A stretch of DNA of 64,000 bases from Eutreptiella sp. 'Long Island Sound 2002' (taxonomy: Eukaryota > Protista > Euglenida): contig OZ038379.1 of the NCBI GenBank assembly GCA_964036045.1, forward strand, positions 62,992,001 through 63,056,000, read 5' to 3'. The translations under genes and the position numbers were made by a program. Below the pieces are notes generated by a model. That model was not told the origin of the DNA, ran no database searches, and saw nothing but the letters and a program-made list of their open reading frames with translations. This document shows positions 10,940-21,422 of this stretch, piece by piece; the stretch's first letter is position 1; every line of letters begins with the position of its first letter.

Positions 10940-12460
10940 GCGGGTGTTGTCTCAATATCGCCCGCCGGGGCGACACCTACACCGCCCACACCGGGCTGCC
11001 GGGCTACCGGGCTTCCCACGACCCATCCCGACACGGGACCGATTTGCCGCAACGTGGACGTCATTGACCGCTAAGCTTGCGTTGTCCCCCCCCGGTGGAA
11101 TGTGCCGACCCCCCATTGTCGGGTCGCTGCTAGCCCCTCCGGTCGTGGGCACAATACGTGCAATCCCGGCCAGCCCTGTGCCAGTCTATTGACTGGACCG
11201 GCGCCCTTACCCTTGTGGTGCAGGGTGACGGGTATCCTTGTGCCGGTGGAAGTTGGTCGCAGCTATCGGTGGGGCTATTGAAGCATGGGGAAAAGGCGCG
11301 CACACCCGCCTTCCTATGGGTCATCGGCATGGACGTCACGGGGGACAAGGATATGGTTGCCCTGGGCCAAATTTGGGCTGAGGTGCTACAGGTTTGTAGT
11401 TTGCATTTTCGTCTTCATAAAGTGTTCATAATCCGCGCGTTCATAATTCGAAAACTGCCGTCATAAAACGCTGTGCTGCCGATTTATGAATTACGAAGGC
11501 GTTTTATGAAGACCAATTATGAACACCTTTTATGAACATAGGTCCTGCAGTCCGCTATTGGCTGCAAAAAAATTTACTGGTAAGACAGCTAGTTGCCGCC
11601 AGCGGTTCTCCTTGGTGGGGACCACCCGTGGCTCCGGCTGCTGCTGGGCATCAGCGTAGCTCCCCGAGTGGTAAGCATTTTCAAAGAGGCCGTGCATGAC
11701 AACACGGCCAAGCGGTGGAATGGCGTCGCTGCTCGGAGGACAACACAGTCGGATGCGAACAATCAGAGTCGCTATCTGATGACCTTCAAAACTTTGGATG
11801 CGGCAGGATGCACCGGCGAGCCGCTGCTGGTCATCGCCAGAAACTGGGTATTTTTGTGCATTTTGCACTGTTGCATGGCCTTCGGGAGGCTCTTCGTGGC
11901 CATCCTGGAGGCCAAGGTGGGAAATCATCCCCCTGAGGTTGCAGGGGAGGTACAGAAAATTCTGTACCGCAACCGGTGTGGCGTGCGGTTGGGGGAGCAC
12001 AACGCACCGGACGGGGAGGAGGCCCACAACCTATTCTGAGCCTAGGAGCAGATTGCGCCGCTGCTTGCATACGTCGAGGAGGACCCCACCTGGCAAGCGA
12101 TCGTGGGGCTACGAACATTGCTGTGCACTCTGTACTCGCCGATTCCGGTTTTGCCACGCCCTTCGTGCCAAACCTGTTGCTGCTACGTTTCGGGAACATT
12201 GCTGCGGGGAGTCGGCGTCGCACTATTTGTTGTTCCTCGAAGAGGATTGTGATCCCATGCTCGAGAGTGCGGATGCATGTGGGGTGGGTTTCGCTGATGT
12301 GTGGGGGGACGTTGGGGAGGGCACGAATTACATTTTGAAGAAGAGATACAATGGGCACAGTTCCAGGGGTCGGGGTGCGGGTAAGAGTGCATTGGAACGG
12401 GAAGCAATGGTCGTCCAGCACGTTTGGGAATGGTGGTTTCTAACCTTTGACATGCCGTTC
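10940..12460 (+). pseudogene. RAG1/Transib-like DDE transposase (element A), interrupted by an intron, nonsense codons and a frameshift
   Basis: Motifs LTLVVQGDG (D1), LLGGDHPWL (D2), ILHCCMAFGR, and SHYLL...GDVGEGTNYILKKRY (E-x-x-N, as in RAG1 SEGNESGN). Removing 11392-11541 restores the frame. Confidence 0.7.
11392..11541 (+). other. GT-AG intron made of a TTCATAA / TTATGAA fold-back array
   Basis: CAG|GTTTGT ... AACATAG|GTC, phase 0, frame-preserving between D1 and D2. Four (T/G)TCATAA copies are followed by four TTATGAA copies. Confidence 0.75.
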
Positions 12461-12565
12461 ATAATTCGTTCAAAATTCGGCGTTCATAATTCAGCGACCC
12501 CGCACTGCCCGTTTATGAACCATGAAGACGTTTTATGAACCAATTTATGAATGGCACTATCACAG

Positions 12566-13764
12566 GTCATGGACGTGGAAGTGAACCCGGCGGACGTCGC
12601 GGGGGTCTGCATCCTCTACAGGTTGGGCACTGCCGAGTTCAGCATCGCCCTGTCCGCCCTGTACCAGCTGCTGCTCCTCAGCCCCAAACAGGGGTGCGCC
12701 CGTCCCGGCTGCGGGAGTAGGAGCGCTCCCGCCGCCAAACGGACATGTGGGCGGCAATGCGGCCTGCTGGGCAAGCCTCCGGGAGTTGGGGTGGGAGGGA
12801 TGTGCTGACGAGGAGATCTTGCTGTCCAGTTTTGAGTTGGGGCCCCCTACCCAGCAAAGCCCACGCCCCCACTGAGAAACCCAATCTCCTGCCCTGCCCC
12901 CCGTATGGAGTCTGTTTGAGTTGCTGTCAGATTGGGACAAGCAGACGAGGAGGAACAAAACAAAAGCCTCATCAGTGGTAGCATAGGCGCCTTTCGGTCT
13001 GGAAGACTAGCAGAGAGTTGCATTCCAGGTACAGTAGATTGTCGTCCGCTTCTCCGACCTAAAGAGACCATAGTGTCGAATAACACCATGACTCTTTCTT
13101 TATGGACTATTGATGGCAACGCACAGCACTACCGAAGCACAACCCTCCAGTGCCGCAGCGGTAACAACGGCCGCCAAGCATGCACAGGGTAAAAATAGCA
13201 ATTCAAAGAAATATGTATACCATGCTGATTCTGTGGCTCACTCAAATAACCCCCCCCCCAACCCACACAACCCAAAAAGGCCCCCCCCTCCCAAGCGCAA
13301 GTCCTTCGAATCAGGCAGCTGCTCATCGTCGGACCAAGCACACCCCCGTGAGCATGGGAAGGGGGTGAAGGGGAGGCAGCCGCAGCAGCAAAAGGGGCGC
13401 AAGGAACCCCCCTCTTTGGAGAGGGATGAGTCACCTGACCCCCTCCTTGGTGAACAGGTGTATGTGCCCTACACCGATGGTGTCTACCCGGGGGTTGCAA
13501 CCACGGTTGTGGGGGGGGCGGGGGGGGGGGGGGAGAGTGTGGGTGGAACACCTAGGGGAAAAGGAGATGTTTCGGGTTGAGAGGCGTCTGTTGTATGTCC
13601 CTCATTCTGCAGCAGTGACCCATTGGGAGCAGCAGAAGGCTGCAGCTGCAGGTAAGAAGGCCGCGAAGGCCAAAAAGAAGCCTAACCCCGAAACGGACGC
13701 CGACCCGCCGGCTGAGCCGGCCCCCAAGGCACCTAAGCCTGAACCCAAGCCTGAGGCTAAGTAG
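12566..13764 (+). pseudogene. Companion gene of element A with C-terminal Tudor/Agenet-like domain
   Basis: Acceptor CACAG|GTC follows the second TTCATAA array. Peptides VMDVEVNPADVAGVCILYRLG and GEQVYVPYTDGVYPG...RVWVEH...FRVERRLLY align with the gene at 61446-63863. Confidence 0.6.
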
Positions 13765-14047
13765 GCCCCTCAGCCCAAGCCCAAAGCTGCCCCTGAGGCC
13801 GCACCCGTGGAGGTGGATGCCCTAGTGCACCCCTCGGCCAAACCGGCTGCCCAACCACCTGCCCAAACCCATGAACAGGCCCCGATTGTGGCAAAAACCA
13901 GACCATGGGTCCCCTTTAGGAGGACCCGACGGGCCCCAGCCCTGAGGTTTAGGGCGGTAAGAACAAGCAAGGACAAAGGACAAAGAAAAGCAGTGCGGTG
14001 TACAGAAAAGATTGAAATTTGAGCGAATTTTGTGTGCCTGTGCATTT

Positions 14048-14297
14048 GTTCATAAAACGGGTTCATGAAACGCGTTCATAAAACGATCGGCGCGTTCATA
14101 AAACGAGTTCTCAATTATGAATTGAATTCTGAACCGAATTATGACCGGGGGAGGACTTTTGCATAATTTGCAAAAGCTGGCAAAAATGGCAGTTTTTCCA
14201 AAAATACCCCGGTCCACAAAAAAAAAACTCACCTCGAGGGTGTTGAACCAACCCCCCCCAGTTTTGAACGAAAATGGCCCATGGGTACCCGAGCAAG
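14048..14297. repeat. TTCATAA/TTATGA array and probable right end of element A
   Basis: Repeated GTTCATAAAACG and AATTATGA. The segment ends in TGGGTACCCGAGC, resembling the reverse complement of the 60873 end (TGGGTACTCTAGC). Confidence 0.5.
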
Positions 14298-14299
14298 AG

Positions 14300-15772
14300 C
14301 AAAATGTGTTCATATTTCATAAAACAATTAATGATGAACAAAACTACCTTTCATACAGGTACCAAGGGTATGGTTGCAGTGCAACCTTCTTCCGCAAATT
14401 CGGGAATGATGTGCACAATATATGTGTATACCAAACCCATAGCTTGCCATGATGAAGTTGCCAATGTAGTGCAACCGTAGCACAGGTGTACTATGTGGCA
14501 AACAGCCAGAACTAGAGAATAGAAGGGCAATGCGAGGACCAAGCCCCCCGCCCGTCTGCCCATCACAATGCGGGCCTCTCAGCCTGTTTAGCTGATGCCT
14601 GCTTGGAACCTTCCTCGCACAAGGCGCAGGTGCTCCGTGCTATCAAGAGGCAAATATCCAAGGTGGCGTCTCCTAGCAACTTGAGCTATAACCTGCAACA
14701 ACTCATGCTTGTACGGCCCGGGTACGGTCCGCCCAATAACACCAAGGAGTCCGAAAGCTCCTCCTTTGGTGTTGTGTAATACTGGTTGTATTCGATAAAC
14801 CTGTGCCAGCTTAGATACACCCTAGAACTTGTGGGAACCCCACACCTGACTTGAACGCCCCCCCTTGTCCAAAAAAGAGTGTCAACGCATGCTCATTGAC
14901 CCGGGGACATGGCACGCACCTTTTTGCGGACACTCTGACCAAATATGGTGGTGATCTGCAGTCAGGCAACCAAACTGCACGTGCAATGGCCTAGGCTACT
15001 CTACACCACCATCCTTCGTACGTTGCTTGAATTTACACAAAGGCAGGGCTTGTAGGGCCTCTGCTAGTTTGGGTAGCCCCTCCCAATCAACAACTTTGGC
15101 AAGTTCCATCCACATTATCATGACTATGCACCTGGGCACATGGCCAGACCTTGGGAAACAGTCTCCCGCAAAATCAATTATACAAATCTTAGTGTTACCA
15201 TTTGGACGCCCCCTGGGCTAGTATCCATCTGCATACACACCCAAGGTTAGGGTGGCTTATTGGGGTGGAGAATCCATGCCCCCTTGTGCGGCTAGGGTGC
15301 TAGGCTTCTGAAGAAGTAGATGGCACACTTGTGGCAACAGTCTAGTGTTGCTCAGGGAGTAGTCCACTGCCGGAAGATGTAGGAGCTCGTGCTGCCGCAG
15401 TGCCACCATAGACCACCTGGTTGGAGGCGATCAAGGGTTTGTAGCACTGCTGCTGGCACAACATGCCCATGCCGTAGAAGCATGGCACGTGATGCGTGGG
15501 TACACTGGGGAATTGGGCTGCCGGAGTTGGGTGGCAAAGGGCCCGTTGGGCGCCGCACGACCCGGACTGTGCCAGTGGGGATCCGTAGCAGGTTGTCTAG
15601 CTCCTTGCCGTCCTAGGAGGTGGCCCCAGGGGAAATCAAGATGAAAGCCGACACCATGAACTGGTTGGCAGGGACAGGGAAGATGATGGCAAACGCCTCG
15701 AGTTTGGAAACGCCCCCATTGACCCATACAGTAGAAATGTCCACGATGAAGTCATAGTAGAACATTGTGATT
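14300..15772 (-). pseudogene. Degraded RAG1/Transib-like transposase (element F), homolog of the 21.4-23.7 kb copy; no ORF-track entry shows its catalytic motifs
   Basis: LGVYADGY*PRGRPNGNTKICIIDFAG vs VVLFSDSYDPRGRSNYNVKVAILGLAG; LTADHHHIWSE vs FMADHHQMWSE; GVIGRTVP vs GVVGRTVP. Confidence 0.75.
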
Positions 15773-15789
15773 TTGCAATACTCTTATAG

Positions 15790-17830
15790 GCAGCACGGAT
15801 GGCAGAAATTTTTCTAGTCCCCCGACCGATAGCTGTCACCACAACCTCATTTTGGTCCAATTGCTCACAGTGGCTCAGAGATATGGTCCCTCCAAGTGTG
15901 TTGGACTATCCGCTCCCTAACAAAGGCCCACTGTTTCGGATTCCTCCCAACCAGGTATTTATGTACTGCCCCAACCGGTAGCTTTCACCAAAACCTCATT
16001 TGGCTGGACTTGCTCACAGCGGCTCAAAGATCTGGTCGCTCCAAGTGTGCCCGACTGTCCGCCCCCAAAAAAAGGGCCTATTGTTTCAGATTTTTCGCAA
16101 CCAAGCAAATCTGCAATGCGGCAACCACCAAAAATGAACTTTTCGTCGATTTGCTCACACTGGCTCAGAGATCCGGTCGCTCCAGGTGTGCTCAACTATC
16201 CGTCCCCTCACAAACGTCGGCTGTATCACGATTTTCCCAACCAAGCATTTATGTAATGCCCCGACTAGTAGCTCTCACCACAAAGTTTTTCTGGTCGATT
16301 TGCTCACAGCGGCTCAGAGATATGGTCGCTCCAAGTCTGCTCAACGATCCACTCCCTAACAAAGGCCCATTGTTTGAAATTTTTCCTAACCAAGCATTTC
16401 TCTAATCCCTTGACTAGTAGCTTTCACCAGAAAATTATTTTGGTCAATTTACTCATAGTGGCCCACAGATGTGGTCATTGCAATAGTGCTCCACTATCCG
16501 CCACCTAACACAGGCGCACTGCTTCGGATTATTCCCAACCAAGCATTTATGTCATGCCCCGACTAGTAGCTTTCACCGGAACCTTATTTTGGTCGATTTG
16601 CTCACAGTAGGTTAGACATTTGGTCACTCCAAGTGTGCTCGACTCTCCACCCCCAAAAAAAGGCCCACTGTTTCACATTCTTGCCAACCAAGCATTTCCG
16701 TAGTGCCCCCAACAAACTGCTGTCACCACAATATTCTTTTTGGTCGATTTGCTCACAGTGGCTCAAAGATTTGGTCGCTCCAAGTGTGCTCAGCTATCCA
16801 CCCCCAAAAAAGAGCCCACTGCTTCAGATTTTTGCCAACCAAGCATTTCTGTAATGCCCCAACCGTTAGCTGTCACCAGATTATTTTTTTTTGTCGATTT
16901 GCTCACACTTGCTCAAAAGATCTGTGTGCTCGACTATCCGCCCGCTAACAAGGGCTTATTGTGGCGGATTTTTCCCAACGAAGCATTTATGTGATGCCCC
17001 GACCTGTTGCTTTCACCAAAATGTATTTTTGGCCCATTTGCTCACAGTCGATGAGAGATATGGCCGCTCCAAAGGTGCTCGACTATCCGCCCAAAAAAAG
17101 AGGGCCCACAGTTTCACATTTTTCCCGACCAAGCATTCCTGTAATGCCCCGACCCATAGCTATCAGCAAAATGTTTTTTTGGTCAATTCGCTCAGAGCGG
17201 CCCAAAGATCTGGCCGCTCCAAGTGTGCTCGGCTATCCGGTCGCTAGCAAAGGCCCACTTCTCCGGATTCCTCCAAACCAAGCATTTGTGGCATGCCCCA
17301 GGCAGTAGCTTTCACAAGAACCTTATTTTGGTCCATTTGCTCACAATGGCTTAGACATCTGGTCGCTCCAAGTGTGCTCCATTATGCGCTCCCAAAAAAG
17401 GGCCCATTGTTTCACATTTTTGCCAACCCGGCATTCCTGTAATGCCCCAACGGATAGCTGTCACCGGAATGTTTTTTTTGGTCGATTTGCTCACAGTGGC
17501 TCGGAGATGTGGTCGCTCCAGGCGTGCTCGACTATTCGCCGTCAAAAAATAATGCACTGTTTCAAATTTTGCCAACCAAGCATTTGTATAATGCCCCGAC
17601 CAGTAGCTTTCACCAGAACCTTATTTTGGTGGATTGCCACACCATGGCTCAAAGATCTTGTCGCCCCAAGTGTGCTTCTCTATCCGCCCCCTAACAAAAG
17701 CCCATTGTTTCACAATTTTCTCAACCAAGCATTTCTGTGATGCCCCGACTAGTAGCTTTCACCACAATGTCTTTTTGGTCGATTTGCTCGCAATGGCTGT
17801 GAGATTTGGTGCCTCCAAGTGTGCTTGATC
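15790..17830. repeat. Satellite, ~14 copies of a ~148-bp unit
   Basis: TTTTGGTCGATTTGCTCACAG recurs near 15851, 15998, 16140, 16288, 16438, 16588, 16738, 16888, 17028, 17178, 17326, 17476, 17625 and 17772. Confidence 0.95.
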
Positions 17831-18029
17831 ATCTGCCCCCATTCACACAGGCACACATACACACAAACCGCAAGAGAGGTAGAAGATCACATCTGCAAGT
17901 GATTCCTTGTACATGGGATATGACCATTGTGCACCATGAACTCATAAAATATATTACCCTGGCTCCCCTAACTCCTCTGGCTCTGAACTCATAAAATATA
18001 GATGCATGAAAAAATAAAAGTATATATTA

Positions 18030-20356
18030 ATCTGGGTCCTTTGACTCCTCCCGTTCTGCCTTATGCGACCGTGTGGCTTGTGTCACTGGAGGGACAATGA
18101 GAAGGATGAGCTCCCCCTTCATAGATGGGCTCCCATCCAGCAGGGGGAAGGGCTCCGTCTAGGAGTTGGCACGGTGCCCCATGCCCCTGGCGTAGTCTAG
18201 CACCGTGCGCACTGACGTCCAAATCCTAAGGGGGAAGGAACACTCTGGCCTACCCCCCTACCCCCCCCCCCCGCCGCCACCGGCCCTCTCCCAGTCGAGG
18301 AGAATCAGCGGCTAGGGGCATCAACCCCCTTCTTCTTCTTCCTGTGCACCATTGCAAAGGCCCTCTTCCTCTTCCCCCTCACCCCTGTAGATGACACACG
18401 GGCATCGGGGTCACACTCAAACACAAACAGAGACTCAGTCCGAGGGGGAGAGGGGGGTGGCACTTGCGAAGCAGCACAGCATCACTAGGGGAAACATGTT
18501 CCCTGTGAGGGGTGCAAAAGGCAAAGGCCCTTTGCCCCCCATAGGTGGCAACTCCTTAGCCACCTTCGCGAACTCCTTCAGGACAGTGGGGGCCCACCCC
18601 GTGCGCCGAAGGGTGAGGTTCCCGGTAGTTACCACCCATGATGATGCATGATCAAACGTGGCCCTACACTCCCTCCCTAGCATGGCAAATAATTAAGCAG
18701 GGGTGTATGCCGCTCTCTGGTGGGGTGTTGAAGGTCCCATAGCAACACCCGCACTGCAATGTATCAACATTTTTTTTGATTGCTGCGCGGGGGCTGGTGT
18801 GCAGAGAAAGTGCAACACCCATTGCGCGCAACCTCGCGAAGGTTGACTTGGAGGCATTAGTGACCGCCAAATCATAAATTTCAACCCCCCCGCCCCTGTG
18901 TGTACGCCAACAGCAATGCCGTGTAGCATCTCTTCCCCCCCCCCCCAAGTCACGTCCCATTTGCCAAATGGAGGGAGGGTGGAGGGAGGCATTTTGGCCA
19001 AGGGGGACTTGAGGAGATGGTGCTTTTTGGCTTCCCCCCACGCATCTGCACCTGCAACCCCTCTGCCTTTTTGTTGTGGGCAGTGGCAGCGTCTGTGACC
19101 CTGCGTTCCTTCGCCTTGAGGCCAGCCCCGCCCTACCTCTTCCCCCCGCACATCTCCCGCACCCGGTGCTCTGTAGCCTTAAACTTTTTAACCACCTCCT
19201 CAAACCTCCCCCTCAATACCCTAACTTGCCCAGCTTGCTGCCTAAGCTGCTTTACAACCCAATGCCGCACCTGGGCAGTCACCCCCAAAAAGGAACAAAC
19301 CCCGACGCCATTTTCCCAAGCGGCAAAGCCACGGGGTAGGCGAGGGGTAGCATCCCAAATTTTGGAACCCTCCCACGGTTTGCTTACTGGTGATTGCAGC
19401 CTTGGTCTCTCAGGCTACCCGATGGGGGGTTGAACCTGCCCTGGACTGCCACGCGGTCCGTGCCCTTCTAGGTGCAGAGTTGTAGGTAGGATTGCACTTG
19501 CACCGCTGCCACGGCCACGCCCGCCACTGTTGCCACCAATGCTGCGGATGTTGTTGCCTCTTCTGCCGCGGCCATCATCTCAGTGACACAGATGCCACTG
19601 ATAATGGCTTTCAACGCACTATGGATGGTCGCGTGCGACGCTTCGCAGAAGGCGTCATTTATGAGGACTCTTGACACGTCAAAGGGGAAATGTATAAAAG
19701 AGAGGGGGGGGGGGGACTCAACATTACAAGTGATAATTCTTTTACTTCGCTTTTTGACATTGTCATCTTTAAAAGAGGACGGCATATCACTCTGCGTCCA
19801 CTTGAGCTCGCGAATTATTGGCTCCGGGTGGGTGGAAAATACAAACATGAGTAATTTATAGTGGTCACGGAGCCGCTCTTGTGCCTCTTTGGCAAACGTG
19901 TGCTTTGTGTTATATTTGGGGTCAAGGCCAGCTATACAAAGATTCCTATAATGTATACTGTAACTTGTCTCGTGCTTGGGCGGAGTTGTCTTGCCGACGA
20001 ATTCCCTAGTGGTGAACACCGGTATTTCAAATGTGTTATGCATGAGCATTGCCAACAACCTATCTTTGGCTGAAATGGCATAGTGCTTAGGTGTGACCGT
20101 ATCTAAAAAGACCTTTAACATTAGGGGCTCGATAGTCTCCGACGGGTTATGCCTAAGACATAGTGCCGCCAAGGCATGTTGAAGACGCGGTTGAACGTCA
20201 CTGGGTTCAGGTAATTCCACATTGACAACGTCAGCATCATTCATGTTTGCCTCAAACTCCAAACTTCCTCCGTCCTGGGGGCCCTTGGGGTCCTAGGCGC
20301 CCTTCAGGTCCCAGGGGCCCGACGAGGATGCACGGGTCTGGTTGGCGTTGGACATG
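18030..20356 (-). pseudogene. Decayed unknown gene (~780 codons): RRM-like segment, coiled coil and Cys/His cluster; possibly retroelement ORF1-like
   Basis: ORF 19468..20262 continues through stops. It includes YRNLCIAGLDPKY, WVVKQLRQQAGQVRVLRGRFEEVVKK and QCGCCYG..HPCLIICH. Family not recognised. Confidence 0.4.
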
Positions 20357-20440
20357 TCTATTGCGAATGCCGGGGTAGATAGTGCAACGTCACACAAGAG
20401 CACAAGGTCAAGAGAGGCGCAACCAACACAATGTGCAATT

Positions 20441-20773
20441 GACAACGGACACTAATTCCGTTCACAAATATTTGTAAGTGTCAGGAATGGCACGCAAAGC
20501 ACGTGAAAGCAAATAAAGAAGCAATGCCTCCTTCTCAAGCCGGGGAGTAGCTCGAGGCAGGGATCTTCACTCGTCTTGCCCGATTCGGCCTAGTGTTATC
20601 TGGCAGGAAACGGACATCTATAGAGTGTGCAAGTGACAATGGATACAAATCTCGCTCATAAATATTTGTAAGTGTCGAGAAGTGCACCCAAAGCACGTGA
20701 AAGCAAAGAAAGAAAGAATGCCCCTCAACGGCTCCTTCTCGAGCCGGGGTGTAGCTCGAGGTAGGGACCTTCA
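20441..20773. repeat. Two diverged direct copies of a ~195-bp unit
   Basis: AAATATTTGTAAGTGTC...AAAGCACGTGAAAGCAAA...TAGCTCGAGG occurs twice. Confidence 0.8.
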
Positions 20774-20929
20774 CATGTCGCAAAATCCCTTACCTTCAAA
20801 TGTTCTTTTGCTGACCAAATTTTACTGGTTGTATTTTGCAGGGGGTTTTCCACTGCATTTTTGGCTTTGTGCCATCGCTCGCACAACATGTGCAACAACG
20901 GTGACCTACTTGAAAGCATTCCGAGCATC

Positions 20930-21235
20930 TTCTTCCCCCTCCCAGAGCTCCCCGAAACGTTGGTAGCAATATCGCAGGCAACCCAGTGGCACCAACTCCC
21001 CCGTCCCTTTTTCCAAGCAAATATTCCAAGTACGTTCCCCTTCCCAGGGATCCCCCAAACGTTGGTAGGAATATCGCAGGCGCCCCTGGGCACCAACTCC
21101 CCCGTCCCTTTTTCCAAGCAAATATTTCAAGCACGTTCCCCTTCCCAGGGCTCCCAGAAACGTTGGTAGCAATATCGTAGGCACCCCGTGAGTCCAACTC
21201 CCCTGTCCCTTTTTCCTATCAAATATTCCAAGCAC
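20930..21235. repeat. Three copies of a ~100-bp unit
   Basis: AAACGTTGGTAG(C/G)AATATCG...CCAACTCCCC(C/T)GTCCCTTTTT occurs three times. Confidence 0.9.
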
Positions 21236-21422
21236 GGCGTGGTGCTTGGACTCTATAACCTTTTTTCCAAGTGCAAATGCGATCGCTCCCCGGCCAGCAA
21301 ACTTTGTAGCTATAGCACAAGCCCCCCACGGCCGGAAAACCCTCATGTGTTTTTCCAAGCGGCTGTTCAACCCGCAGCGCGTTGTTGAAGAACGGCATCT
21401 ATGTACATGGCTCCGCCACTCC

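Noticed and set aside
15790-17830. CRISPR-like array (also considered for 48748-49342 and 27100-28100)
   Set aside because: Whole units are homologous with no unique spacers, no cas genes were seen, and the context is eukaryotic.
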